IMG/VR virus record: IMGVR_UViG_3300025030_000046
Coordinates: 32,001-96,000 of that record
DNA length: 64,000 nucleotides
DNA from: a virus
Direction: 5' to 3' (one strand)
Positions 19,526-32,678 of this stretch are shown piece by piece. Position numbers and translations under genes: made by a program. The notes beneath the pieces were generated by a model that was given only the letters and a program-made list of their open reading frames with translations, was not told where the DNA came from and made no database searches. Every line of letters begins with the position of its first letter. Position 1 is the stretch's first letter.

Positions 19526-22500
19526 TTAATTATAAATTTCTAGCTTTATTTTAACTATTTCTCCGTCCGATTTTTTATAATTTTTATAATCCGCCCACTC
19601 CAAATGCATTCTAGCCATATTCTCTTCGTTTTCATTGTAGAAATAAGCATCTTTTATATTATTTGTAAAATATATTTGATCGCCCTTCCAATACAGATAT
19701 TCTCCTTCTGGATTTTTTATTACTAACAAATTAAGCATAAAATTATTCCTTCTCTTAATAAATTTAGTCTTTTATATATTCATTTACACATCCCTTACAA
19801 GTTGAACTGCTACATTCACCACAAAAAATTCCTTGAGGATTCCATCCTACTCCACCACCATGACATCCACCTACTTCATCAGTAATATCTAATTCCTCTT
19901 CAATTTTTATGTTAACTTCAATTTCATATCCCACTATATTTATATAATGTTCAGCTACAAATGAGTCAAATTCGTTTTCATTCAAGTTATAAAACTTTAT
20001 AGCTTTATTAGTTGCATCTTCTCCATTTACTCCAACTGATATGTAAGTATAAACCATCTGTTCTTTGAAATCCATAGCCTGTATTAAATAAACACCCATT
20101 CCATTTTTAATCATTCCTACGCCTCCTTTATGTGAAAATAATACCATTCTACAAGCCGTTTTAAGCCACTTTTATTTGATAGCCTGTATGATTTAACCTG
20201 CCGAAAATAATTATAATCAATGATTTATTTCACTTCTAATTTTTTCAATTAGATCTTTAATAATAATCGCTTTTTTATAAGTTTCATTAAAAATACATAA
20301 ACTATCTCCTTGATCTTTTTCCCATTGGTCAATTAAATCTTGTGCTTGCAATAATAAAGAACTTTTTGTATCCAGATAACTAAACATATCTTCATACCCA
20401 TCTTCACAATCATCATATATAACATCCATCAAATCGATAGATATGTGCGGGCTGCCCTCTACTGCCCATAAATACTCTGGAATATCTTCTTTTGCAAGTA
20501 TTTTTTCATAAATCCATTCTTCAAGATCGTCTTGTTCTCTTAAATGTTCATCGCTGCCTAAAAGATAATACCCGTTATAATCTTTGTAGTTTATTTTTTC
20601 AGCCTTTTGATAGAGTTCATTATCTCTCTGTATTTGTTTTAATCTAAACTCATTTCGTTCCTCATTTCGTGCTTCTTCACAATAACAACAATCAGTTTTA
20701 TTGCCCTGTCCACAATATTTACATGTGTACAAAACTCCGTTATAACAATGATTACAAGACTGGATGTATCCTTTCCCATCGTTTTCAACATAGATAAAAT
20801 GCAAACCCTTACATTCTGGGCAAAGCGTTGTATCTTCTTTTAAATCAATAATGACTCTTTCCTGCAATTGGGAATATAATTCTTTTGTTGTTAATCTATC
20901 CATAATTTATCTCCTTCATTGAAAATAATATTTTAATTAATTTCTACAAGAGTATATCTATATGATTCTATTATAATTATACCCTCAGAACTTTCACTTT
21001 CGATTTCTTTTACAATTTTATATTTTGCTCCTTCAATTAGAAGTATGTCTCCTACGTTTACAAAGTACGTTTCATCCATCTTGTGTTCTCCTTTCGTTAA
21101 TGTAATGTTTTAAAGTAATTTTCTTTTCACAGCTTCTTCTTTTAATAGTTTATATATTTTTTTATCATTCAACCATTCTTCGTCAGATATATTCATCATT
21201 TCAGCCAACCCTTGTTTATAGGCTAATCCCGCCATGTCACCTCTAGGCTCTGGACACGATATATAGTACATTTCTTCTTGCACTCTAATTTCATCTGCAT
21301 ATGTAATTGCCCTATCTTTTATATATTTGATTGTATTAAGCAAATGTTTATCTTCAAACTCTTCAGGATACAATTTTCTACCATCCAAAGTATTCCAATG
21401 ATCCTTATCAAGAAAACTTAATTCCATTTTATAGCTCCTTTCTATGAAAGAAATATTTCATTTCATTTTATTTTTCTTCCACACTCAGAACAATATTTTT
21501 TGTCATATGTTAATACTGAGTATTTTTGAACTACTTCGCAATGATTAACGTGACATGCGGCATCTTTTTCCTTGGGACAATTTTCTGTTTTGCATGGATA
21601 ATGACATAAACATGGATTTTCATTTACAATTATTTCTTCCTTTTCTTTTAATGGTTTTAAATCACAAGGATTAAAATTAAATGTCTTCTGAATATATCCA
21701 TCTTCATATTTTCTAGGCTTATCAAATTCTACAGTTATTCCTAAATATTCTCCTGAATTTTTAATAACCTTTCCAGCTTCACCATAAAAGAATGTAAAAT
21801 CTACACATGGAGTCATTACTTGCACAGGCATATTAACTTGAAAATCATTAAATTTATAATTTGTTTTTGTTTCTTCATATATCTCATGAATTGTTTTACT
21901 CATAAACACTCCTATAAAATTACTATTTCATCGTGTTTTTAGTTTCTGAACGTCTACTCTCCCAAGGGTTTCAAAATTAAAAGTTCTGATAATTCGTCGC
22001 AACTCTCAATTACCACCTTAATAGTCTCAATATTCAACAATCTACATATTAAGTAGTTTATATATCCATCTTGTAACACATTATCTTTATTAATAATAAT
22101 GTTCTTATCAAACTTACTATTACCTTTGTAATATTCTATCTTGCTTTGAATTTTATCTAATGAAGGGCGTGTATTCCTAAAACAATCTTTAATAATTATA
22201 TCTTCTATTTTAATAAATACCTTTTCTTTGTTAAATTCTTCACATTTAATTTTAGCTTCTTCTTTAGTTGAAAACAAATTATCTTCCGCTCTACTTAAAG
22301 TGACATAATTACAACGACCTTTATATCTTACTGAAATATCCCCACTACTATCAATACTTACTTTTGTTGATGTAATAATAAATGGATCATCACAGACAAC
22401 GCTAATATTTTTATTTGACTTAATTTTACCGACTCCCATACACTCAGGACACTTCATGTCTTTATTATTATATTTTATTTTTCCGTTACCTTCACATACG

Positions 22501-24850
22501 TGACAAGTTATTTCAACTCTTTCTTGTTTTGTTGTATAGATTGTGTCGCCTTTTTGAAATTTTACTGGTATCGCTAATATCTTCATATGAATTTTCTCCT
22601 TTTATTTTTATATATAATTTAAGATGAAAGCATCATCTTAAATTATATATGTCTTCATCATATAATTTTTGTATAACAAACTTATTTTTATCGGATGTAA
22701 TTTCGACAGGTATTATTCCAAAAAACCCATCGTAATTTCCATGATAAAATTCTACTCTAAAACACGCCCATCCAATTTCTTCAAATATATTATCAATATG
22801 TAGTAATATATCATCAATTTTTTGATTAATAGAAGTTTTATAAGAATCAGGCATTGTATTAGTATTCCTCAATATTTTTAATCTTTCTTTAAGTGTATTT
22901 GTGGCTATTTCAATATCTTTGAAATACTCTTCTCCTGCATCTTCCCCCATGAAACTCCAATCTTCATCTGTGTCAACATCAAAAATTACTTTATAGTATC
23001 TCATTTCTAACTCTCCATTTCTATAATTTCTACATTTTATCGTATATTTTAGTTTTTAAAAATTCATCTAACTGCTTGATACTTTTTATAGCTGGCGAAA
23101 TTCTGGCATTTGGATTACAAATATATAACATTGTTCTTCTTAGGTATAAAAGATAATTTAAATGAAATTTATTTGTTCTATTTGCATCTTTATGATGAAA
23201 TTCAAATATTCCTGCATATTCACCATCAAAAACAAATCCATTTTTACAAATAATATCAGCTATTTTATCTCCATCCCATTTTTTAAAAGGAGAATTTAAA
23301 TAATGTCCTATATTTTCTTTTCTCATATTTTTACTCCTTAAAACATTCATTTTATTGACATTTTACTAGCCTTTCATCCTCTATTTGTCTAAATAGCTGA
23401 GTCATTCTATCTAAGTGCGGATCTGGTTTTATTTTAATAGCTAACTTATTGACTCTATTAAGTTTATTAATACTGCTTTCTACTTTGTTTTTAATTTGAA
23501 GTGATTCATTTTTAATTCTAGGAGTATATGTTAGCAGCTTTTGTCTATCTTTTAATTCAACAACCTTATTCTTTATTATTTTTATTTCGGGTAATAAGTT
23601 AATTGATAGTGATTTTATGGATTGCAAAGTCTGGTATTCGTTTTTAATACTTCTCCTTTTAATCAAAGCATCTTGTAGTTTTTTAGCATACTTATATCCG
23701 CTACAAGCATCTAATCCTATATGTTCTTCTAATGCATGTCTAATATCTCCAATTTCTAAATCAATTGTACTTAATTTATCTCTCAATTTACCAAACTCTA
23801 TTTCTATTTCATTTACAAAATCATTAAGTTTTTGGTTTAATCTGTCTGCCATATTTAAACCTATACACATTTTAACCACTCCTTTTATATTTTAGTTTAT
23901 CATTAGTATTTAAATTCTACCTTCCATTTACTCGCAAATGCTTCCAAATACTCTGGTTCTCTAGCCTATAATTTCAATCAAACCTTAATTTTATTGATTA
24001 TTTGAATCTAAAACTAAATTAACTATATCTTGCTTACCTATATTATACGATAGCCTAATCATGTCATATTCCAGCTCAGTTAATTCTCTACTTAGCATAT
24101 TTTTAAAATGTTTAATTATTTTATCCATCTTCTTCTCCTTTTAAATAAAAATTCTATTTCATTTCAAATTTTTTCTTACATTCATCACAAATATTAATGC
24201 TATTTCCGTTAGAATCTTTAATCCAATTTAAGCTGTATTGTGTTTTGTTGCACATATCACACATTATTTTATTACCATTTGGTTTTAAAGCCCATCCTTC
24301 TTGAAAAGTATTTCTGCATATATCAGCACCACATACCGATGGTTTTCTATTTCTGCCTTGTTGCTCCATATTTTATACTCCTTAAAATCTATTAATTACT
24401 TCTTTTAAATCTTTCATATCTTCCTCGGTTAGTATAATTTCTTGAAATCTATGCGTTCCGTGTCTTAATATATACCATATGGTTTTAAGTCTATTCTTCA
24501 ATTTTGAAAAGAACCCCTCTTGTTCAGTAGAAAAAGCATAAATACTTATATCCATATAATATTCTAATGGTTCTTCTCCGTCAAAAAGCTTTCCAATTCC
24601 TATTGATTCTGTTCCGCAATCACATCTTATTACTATTCTTGTGTTATTTTTATCTGTTAATATCATTTTATTTCTCCTTATTTATATTTTTATTTATTAA
24701 TGCCAGTTGATACCAAATAGGACACAACAAACAAGCTAAAAAGAATATTGATATGGTAAAATATTGTGCGTTTATAGACATTTTATTAAATCCTTCTATG
24801 TCATATGATATGTTTAAAATAAACCCAATTATTATAAGTATATAAAACAT
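19526..24850 (-). other. Array of about 15 small hypothetical phage ORFs, several Cys-rich (20217-20903; 21954-22586 with DnaJ-type CxxCxGxG finger and ParB-like C-terminus)
   Basis: ORF track; each with own RBS. Confidence 0.65.
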
Positions 24851-24887
24851 TATTTACCCCTTTCAATAAAACTTAGATTGATCGTAT

Positions 24888-25193
24888 TTAAAAATCTATT
24901 TTCTTCCATCCAATGCTATCGCAAAAATAATACTTATCATCAAGTTTTACAATGTCACTCACTGACATGCTGCGACCTTCAAAATCTTTAGGATGCTCTA
25001 CATTGAAAATATAAAACAATTTTTCTAATAATTGATTTACAATTTTATCTTCGTTTAATTCTCCTTCATACACGATATTGTAATTTTCTAATTCAATTTC
25101 AATCTTACGGTTTAGATTTTTCATCATATCTAAGCCTAGAAATCCACACTGTGTTAACAAATCTCTTTTTATCTGGTAAATTTGATATTTCAT
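24888..25193 (-). CDS. YodL-like domain protein
   Basis: YQIYQ...LEKLFYIFN..HP.DFEGRSMSVSDIV...YFCDSIGW. Confidence 0.85.
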   Translation of the reverse strand: MKYQIYQIKRDLLTQCGFLGLDMMKNLNRKIEIELENYNIVYEGELNEDKIVNQLLEKLFYIFNVEHPKDFEGRSMSVSDIVKLDDKYYFCDSIGWKKIDF

Positions 25194-25263
25194 AACTCCT
25201 CCATTTCTGAACCCTTACTCTCGCAAGGCTTTCAAAATCATAAATTTCAATAAAACTCGTATT

Positions 25264-25722
25264 TTATGCTGTTTTTGTTAAAACTTTAGAATATCTGTCA
25301 TACATTACAATACTTCCTGCTACGCTTACATTTAAACAATGATCTCCAGCAATTTGTATTATATCGTGACATTTAGCTAACGCTTCTTTAGTGAGACCAT
25401 GATCCTCTGCTCCTAATAAATATACACATCTTTCAGGGTGTACATATTTTTCTAATTTTCTAGATTTATCGTCAAGTTCAATTCCAACAAGTCTACAATC
25501 AAAGGGTAAATGATTATAGAAATCTTCAAATGTTTCATAGTGATACAAAGGAATATGTTTAAATGTTTTCATGGTGTCGCTAGATTGTTTTTTATATCTT
25601 TTGCCAATGGTATATATAAAATCTGCCCCAAGTATATTTGCACTTCTCCACAACGTTCCTATATTACTTTCCGTTTTAATATTTTGTATACCTATTCCGA
25701 AAAATCCTCTTTGGTCAATCAT
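25264..25722 (-). CDS. SpoU/TrmH-family RNA 2'-O-methyltransferase
   Basis: NIGTLWRSA...LGAEDHGL...CLNVSVAGSIVMYD SPOUT motifs. Confidence 0.9.
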   Translation of the reverse strand: MIDQRGFFGIGIQNIKTESNIGTLWRSANILGADFIYTIGKRYKKQSSDTMKTFKHIPLYHYETFEDFYNHLPFDCRLVGIELDDKSRKLEKYVHPERCVYLLGAEDHGLTKEALAKCHDIIQIAGDHCLNVSVAGSIVMYDRYSKVLTKTA

Positions 25723-25832
25723 TTTTATCCCTCACTTTTATATTTTCTTTTCTTTGCTGATATTATATTACCAAACTATGGTATTGGTGTCAACATTTAT
25801 TTTATATTTTACTTAATTGAATTTTGAGATGA

Positions 25833-27788
25833 TTAATTAATCATCTCAATAAACTGTTCTTCGGTTATTATTGGCACATTTAATGCTTTAGCCGATTTAT
25901 TCTTTGATGAGCCAGATGTATTGTCATTATTGATTAAGTATGATGTTTTAGCACTCACTGATCCAGAGCATTTTCCGCCAAACTCTTCGATTTTACTTTG
26001 CAATTCTTTTCGATTTGTAAAATGATTTACATCCCCAGTAATAACGAATATTTTACCCTCTAATTTATTTGAGATAGTGGTCTGTATAGGCTTGCTAATT
26101 GTAATGCAATCTAATAATGCATTAACTTGATTTAAGTTTTCGGTATTAACAAAATAATCATTAACTGATTGTGCCGTAATTTCTCCAAAATCCTCAATGT
26201 TAGTCAAGTCATAATTGTCATTAAGTACTTTTAAGAACGTATTCATGTCATTATTAAAATGTTTTGCTAATCTTTTTGCTCCACCCAATCCTATCTGATT
26301 AATTCCTAGAGCATAGATTAATCTATGAAATTCTATTGTTCTCGATTTTTCAATAGCAGCAATTAGATTATTATAAGATTTAACACCGAACCCTTCCATT
26401 GTGATTATTTCTTTTTTATATTGTTCTAATTTATAAATGTCAGTAAAGTCTTTTATGAATTCTTTATCGATAAACTTTTCAATTGTTGCTTCACTCAATC
26501 CTTCAATATCCATTGCATCTTTGGAACAAAAATGAACAAACTTGTTTACTAATTTTGAAGGGCAGCTTTCATTTTCACAAAATAAAAATCTTGCTTCTTT
26601 TGGAGTTTTAATCACAAGCTCACTTCCACATGAAGGACAATGCATATCAATTTTATATGTACCTGAACGTGTAAGATTTTCTTCAATTTGAGGTATTACT
26701 GCATTGGCACGATAAACAGTAATCGTATCACCAATGCCTAATTGTAATGCTTCAAATATATCATAATTATGTAGACTTGCCTTTGACACACTTACGCCAT
26801 CTATATCAACTTCATCAAAAAAGCTTGTTATAGATGTCATTCCCGTTCTTGTAGTGTTTAGTTTAACGCCTCTAAATTTTGTTTCACTACTATCGTCATT
26901 CCATTTTAGTGCGTATAATGCTTTACTATGATGCCCAGTGACCCCTTGCGCCTTACCATATTCAATATCATTAAATTCAAAAATCAAACCATCTGTGAGA
27001 TATGGTAGTTTTTTAACATTTTCTTCAAACATGTTGACCGATTCATTAATTACACTTTTATTAATAAGATTATAAAAAACTACTTCAAACCCCAATGATT
27101 TTAAAAATTCAAACTGTTCGGTTTTATACTTAAATACATCATCGCATTTTACAATTCCAAAAGCTATAAACATTAAATTTCTATCTTTTGTAATTCTAGC
27201 ATCTAATTGTCTTACACTTCCCGCTGCTAAATTTCTAGGGTTTGAATAAGTTTTTTCTCCTTTAAGCATTAATTCAGTATTAATTCTTTCAAAATCTTTA
27301 AATGTAACTAATCCTTCTCCACGAATCTCTAAATATCCGTTATAGTTAATTGTAAGCGGTATATTAGTAAATGTTTTGACTGTATGCGTTACATCTTCTC
27401 CCTCTTCTCCTCCACCTCTGGTAATTGCCTGTTGAAGTTTACCTTCGTTATATTTGAGTACTAAAGTTAACCCATCTAGCTTCCATGATTCAACGCAATC
27501 CTTATCCCCAATAAACTTAACTACATCATTAACATCTTTTGATTTTTCGGCAGATAACATTGATTCAGAATGCTTTACTTTTTGTAGAAAATCAACTACA
27601 CTTCCTTGTACTTTTTGAGTTGGTGAATTTGACAATATGTAATTAGTCTCTACCTCTAATTGTGACAACTCGTCATAAAGCAAGTCATATTGTTTATCAG
27701 TCATAATCGGGTTATCATTTACATAATAACTATTACACGCTTCTACTAGTGTATTAACTAATTCTTTTATTCTTTCTATTTTGTTCAT
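25833..27788 (-). CDS. ligA: NAD-dependent DNA ligase
   Basis: KLDG adenylation motif, EIRGE, NPRNLAAGS, Cys zinc finger, HhH, BRCT; start 27788 after GGAGG. Confidence 0.96.
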   Translation of the reverse strand: MNKIERIKELVNTLVEACNSYYVNDNPIMTDKQYDLLYDELSQLEVETNYILSNSPTQKVQGSVVDFLQKVKHSESMLSAEKSKDVNDVVKFIGDKDCVESWKLDGLTLVLKYNEGKLQQAITRGGGEEGEDVTHTVKTFTNIPLTINYNGYLEIRGEGLVTFKDFERINTELMLKGEKTYSNPRNLAAGSVRQLDARITKDRNLMFIAFGIVKCDDVFKYKTEQFEFLKSLGFEVVFYNLINKSVINESVNMFEENVKKLPYLTDGLIFEFNDIEYGKAQGVTGHHSKALYALKWNDDSSETKFRGVKLNTTRTGMTSITSFFDEVDIDGVSVSKASLHNYDIFEALQLGIGDTITVYRANAVIPQIEENLTRSGTYKIDMHCPSCGSELVIKTPKEARFLFCENESCPSKLVNKFVHFCSKDAMDIEGLSEATIEKFIDKEFIKDFTDIYKLEQYKKEIITMEGFGVKSYNNLIAAIEKSRTIEFHRLIYALGINQIGLGGAKRLAKHFNNDMNTFLKVLNDNYDLTNIEDFGEITAQSVNDYFVNTENLNQVNALLDCITISKPIQTTISNKLEGKIFVITGDVNHFTNRKELQSKIEEFGGKCSGSVSAKTSYLINNDNTSGSSKNKSAKALNVPIITEEQFIEMIN

Positions 27789-28571
27789 ATTGACCTCCAG
27801 TTTTATATTTTGTTTCAATAAATTTCAGATTCTATTATAATTCTTAATTAAAATAAATCTGTAAATTCCATTACCTTACAACCTTCAAATTCTGCTCCTT
27901 TTTGTGTATTATTTGCCTGTAATTGTTCTTTTTGTTCGATGAAAAAATAAGGATATTCCAAATACGTTTTATTATCTATGTCATCAACATTGTAACCCAA
28001 AGTATTTACATAATTAATTACTTGTTGACACTGATTTTCGTCCGTGACATGTATTGCTATTTCTCCATTTTTAAAATTTTCTTCTAAAAACCTATTATTC
28101 ATATAATTACGCTCCATTTTACATATCAAATTTAGTATTTATTTAAAACGCTGTACTTCTTTTTATATTGTATTTGCTTAATATGTCATTTAACTTTGTT
28201 ACATGCTCGCTATTTCCATCCATACCACCTAACTCATCGTCAATATATCCATAGCACATATCAATTAAATATTGCAGATCTTCGTTATCTACTTTTAACT
28301 TAGCTATTATTTCTTTATCGTTGGCTATTATATTACTCGTAGAAAAATCTTTAAATGTCATCACTGGCTTTCCTTCTTTATTTGATATAGTCATCTCGCA
28401 TCCATCTTTTATTTTAAATTTATCTATCATACTATCTCCTTTCTGTATTAATACAACGTTCATTTAATTGCATTTTTAGCATCTTGCTCACACATAAACA
28501 CTGTCTTATTAATTTCATCACTATCTATCTCAATATGACCTTCACAATAACTGTAAGAATCAAATTTAAAC

Positions 28572-28650
28572 ATAAATCCACTATTAGATATAAATCCACT
28601 ATTAGATATAAATCCACTATTAGATATAAATCCACTATTAGATATAAATC
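28572..28650. repeat. 18-bp perfect tandem repeat, about 4.4 copies (ATAAATCCACTATTAGAT)
   Basis: Direct reading; encodes (FISNSG)x4 in a minus-strand frame. Confidence 0.95.
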
Positions 28651-31600
28651 TTATTTCAATAACTACACCAGAATAAACACTAGCTAAAAATCGCCATCTG
28701 CCACAAGTTCATTGTCTTCTTCGGCACAATAAAACAATTTAGTACCAATTTGTATTGGAAGATCTATTAAATAATTTAACATTTTTTTTTCTTACCTTTC
28801 TATGAATTTTAGTTTTATTTTATTTTGTAAATTATTTCATAGTTATTTACCATGTCATCAATATATTTAACTGGAATATTAAAATATCTAGGTGGTAAAC
28901 CCAAACTCTTAATATATGGGTTATCGTCCATTATGTCTATAGCATACTCTGTTTTAATATTTATGTGATCTACACTATCTTCTTCATGTTTTTCATACAA
29001 TAAATCAATAACCTCATATAATTCCATAATTATATCCCCTTAGATAAAACTTAATTTCTATTGACCTTTTACGTTTTGTTTTTGCAAAAATTGTTCAATC
29101 GTTTCTAGATTATTATTAATCTTATATTGGCTCATTATACTAAGCAAACTATCATAACCCACTCTGTATTTATTACATGTTTCTATTAATTTTATTGATG
29201 TTTTTTTATCAAATCCTGCCTTTTCAAAAAAATTATACTCTTCCATTATATCCTCCAATCTAATTAAAACTCAAATTTTATCGTATAACCTCAAACCAGC
29301 AATATGTATAATTCCATTTTTACCTCTATATCCATCAACCTCACATGTGTAATCCTTGCCGTTAGTGACATCTAGACTATGAACATATTTGCTTTTTATA
29401 AAATGCTTGCAAAACCATGTTTTAAACCTTTTTAGCATAAAAAACCTCCCTTTTTAATAAAATTCAAGTTTTGTCTACTTTATTATTGATATATTTATCT
29501 AATATTTCATCTAAATCTGGGCATATCCAATTCCATTTATAGTCACAATCTTCACAAATTAAGTTATAATCAGCTAATTGAACAAGTATATTATCGCTAT
29601 TGCATTTAGGACAATGATGTATACTACCTCTTTTAATCCCAATATCTTCATAAAATGGCATTAATCTTCTTTTACCTCTTATGATGTCATCATTCATAAA
29701 TAAACTCCTTTCTAAATAAAGTATCTCTTTCATTTAAAAATAATCATGACCCATAATTTCTGTATCAACCTCTCTAAATTGAATATTAAATGTATTTTCA
29801 ATAAGCGGTTTGATTTTTCAATGAAACATGTGGGGCAAACATCTATTACATATCCTGTTCTACAATCTCCTTCTGGATAATTACATCCTAACTTTGCATT
29901 AATATTTACTTCAGACTGTTCATAACTTTCTCTATTTGACATATCTATATTACATATGTCGCAAACAACTTTATCTATTACTTCTCTTTCTTTAATTAAT
30001 TGTGGTTCAATCTTTATAAATTTCATAGTATACCTCCATACGAAAGTTTCATTTTATATTAACTTCTTTTCTTTCTGATAATATATCCATAAACCAAAGT
30101 AAATCTTCTTTATTCCTCAATCCTCCAACAAGCTCACAAAAATCACTTCTTTGTTTAACAGATAATATATTCCAAACAGATGCAAAATCTTTAAGTAATT
30201 CGAATATACCTATAAATTGTCTTGGAAAACTAAAACTACATTCTTCTTTTGGTAATGATAATTTAAAAATAGGTAATGTTTCTCCGTTTTCATATAAATA
30301 AGATAATCTTATAGATGCTACATTTAAAATATTATAAATATTAAACTTATTATTCATAATTTTCTCCCTTTCAATAAAGTAATACTTTTATATTAATTTA
30401 CAACCATTTTTCTTTAATCTTTTGCAATCTTTTATCTTCTTCTATGGGTAAGAGACACCTTGTATCGCCATCAGCATAGCCACTATTATAAAAAACTTCT
30501 AGCATTGATATTAATATTTCAAAAGCAGTTTTAAAATCTGGAGATTTTAATAACTGTTTTAAAATATCACAACTACACCAAGCACCACAGTAATCACGAA
30601 TTTCACCATAGGTTTGCTCTATATATTTAATATCTTTGTATAATTGCTTGTATTTACTGGATAAATTTTCCATATGATTCTCCTTAAAATTTCACATTTA
30701 TTGAATCTTCTGTTTGTCACTTCTACAAGCTAATTTCTTATATTTAATTTTTATACAATTATGAGGATTTCCCTTGCATATAGAAACATCTGCTACAAAA
30801 CTATTTTCACAACATGGAGAACTACTTGGAGATTCTTCATAATAAGAACAATTACCGCCTAATCTATTCTGTGGTTTGTCTGGATTATATCTTGGTTTTC
30901 CCTTACTCATCATAAACTCCTTATAAAATTTTTCTTTTATCTAAATTCTTTTCTCACCTTTAGAAAATCTTCCATTACTTTCTGGATTGTATTCATATTC
31001 TTTGTCGCAAACAGTACACTGTAACCAAGATGCGCCATTTACGCCTACGTCATTTAGCTTACTTTTCTTAGAGAGCTTACCGTTTGTTAAAACCTTATTA
31101 CTTTCTTCATAGGTTTTTTCGGCTACTAATTTTAATTGACCACCGCAATCGCATTTAAATTTACTCATCTTCTCACCTCTTTAAACCAATCTGTGAATTT
31201 ATCTTAATTTGTATCTAATATATTCTATTACATCTTCTTGCCTATGCCAATCATCTTCCCAATACTTCGTACCCAACTCTTGTCTTATCATTCCCATAAT
31301 GCATTGAGTTTCTATCCATACTTTATATGGATTTCTTTTCTCTGGGCTGTAAGTAATCGCCATATGACAGCAGTTATAATCAACTACAATTTGAATATAA
31401 TTCTTCTCTGTCTTCAACATATCATTAAAATAATAGACTGGTTTTATAGGCTGCTTATTTGAATTATATGTTGGTTTAGGTTTCTTCCTATTAAGATGCT
31501 GAATAATTTTATCAAACATAGGATATTCATTCATATTATCACTTCTTTCTCACATTCTATTTCGTAACCTTACTCGCAGTAGGGTTACAAATTCACATTT

Positions 31601-32034
31601 CCATATAAAATATCCTTTTCATTTAAACTATAATTTAATATACTTTAATACAACTAATATAAATGCTAAACTATACAAAATTTTTATGCTTATTTCTAAA
31701 TCCTTAATTACGTCTACATTTTCGCTATACTTCTTTAGCGTTTTTATAATTCCAATTAATATTGCGATTAAAAATAAAATTACTGTTACAATTAATATTG
31801 TCATTAAATCTCCTTGTTTAATTTTTCTATCTTTATTATACCATCGCATCCACTACAAAGTTTATAAAAAACTACCATTCCGTTTTCTGAATTGTATTTA
31901 ATTGTTTTTGTTGGCTCGGTTTCACAATCTGGGCAAACTAACTTTCCATCTTTTATAATCGCCATTTTAGTTATTCTCGTCTTTTTAATGTTTTTAGCCT
32001 TTTTATTTATCATCTTTATCTCCTTCATAACTTA

Positions 32035-32063
32035 ATTATACTTTTATATTTTAGTTTTGTCAA
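32035..32063 (-). promoter_or_regulatory. Consensus sigma-A promoter with AAAATATAAAA box in the spacer
   Basis: TTGACA-aaactAAAATATAAAAg (17 bp)-TATAAT. Confidence 0.8.
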
Positions 32064-32482
32064 ACAATAATCTCCCCTTTTATCTTATTATATGTAAGAA
32101 GATTCTTGCCTATGTCTTATTGAATAAATTCATTGAAAATCTCAGTCCTAACACTTGTAAATTCTTCGTGGTTGTTTTTTAGCAAACCTAATCTAATATA
32201 TTCTTTTGCTAAATAATTACCCTTTTCAACTAACTGCAATACCTCATAATCAAAATCAACATCTTCCAATTCCAATCCTGCAATTTCCATTACCGTTATC
32301 AACCTCTTTTTAAATATTTCTTCCATATCACCAAGTAGTCTACTATAGCTGCAAAACATTCCTTCCATTTTTTCTACTGCTTTCGGAGTTGTAATCATTT
32401 CTCTTACTGCTTCTTCAAACAAATTCATACATTGACCCTCACTTTTGTATTTTATTTTTATTACATTTTATTGCATACTTTG

Positions 32483-32660
32483 TTGACTTTTACAAGATGC
32501 ATGATATAATTGCTAAGTATTTACTAATGCCATAAATAAATGTATGATAACTATATTGATTGCGTAAAATAATAGGTTGAAAAAGTTTCTTTTGGTGGGT
32601 ACATATGTATATTATCAATATATTATTAACATGTCAATCGTATTTTTGATATTATCAAAA
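32483..32660. promoter_or_regulatory. Divergent promoter/operator region upstream of CI/LexA-like gene
   Basis: Plus TTGACT-16-TATAAT (32483-32510); minus TTGACA-17-TAATAT; near-palindrome TTTTGATATTATCAAAA. Confidence 0.6.
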
Positions 32661-32678
32661 TAAATTTAGGAGAAAAAA

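Larger units (their letters stand above)
27848..32428 (-). other. Array of about 15 small hypothetical ORFs, two with homopolymer frameshifts
   Basis: ORF track plus manual translation. Confidence 0.65.

Noticed and set aside
28572-28650. 18-bp repeat as a CRISPR array, and the plus-strand ORF 28484-28687
   Set aside because: Repeats are contiguous with no spacers and no cas genes; the minus-strand frame has the RBS and matches local gene orientation
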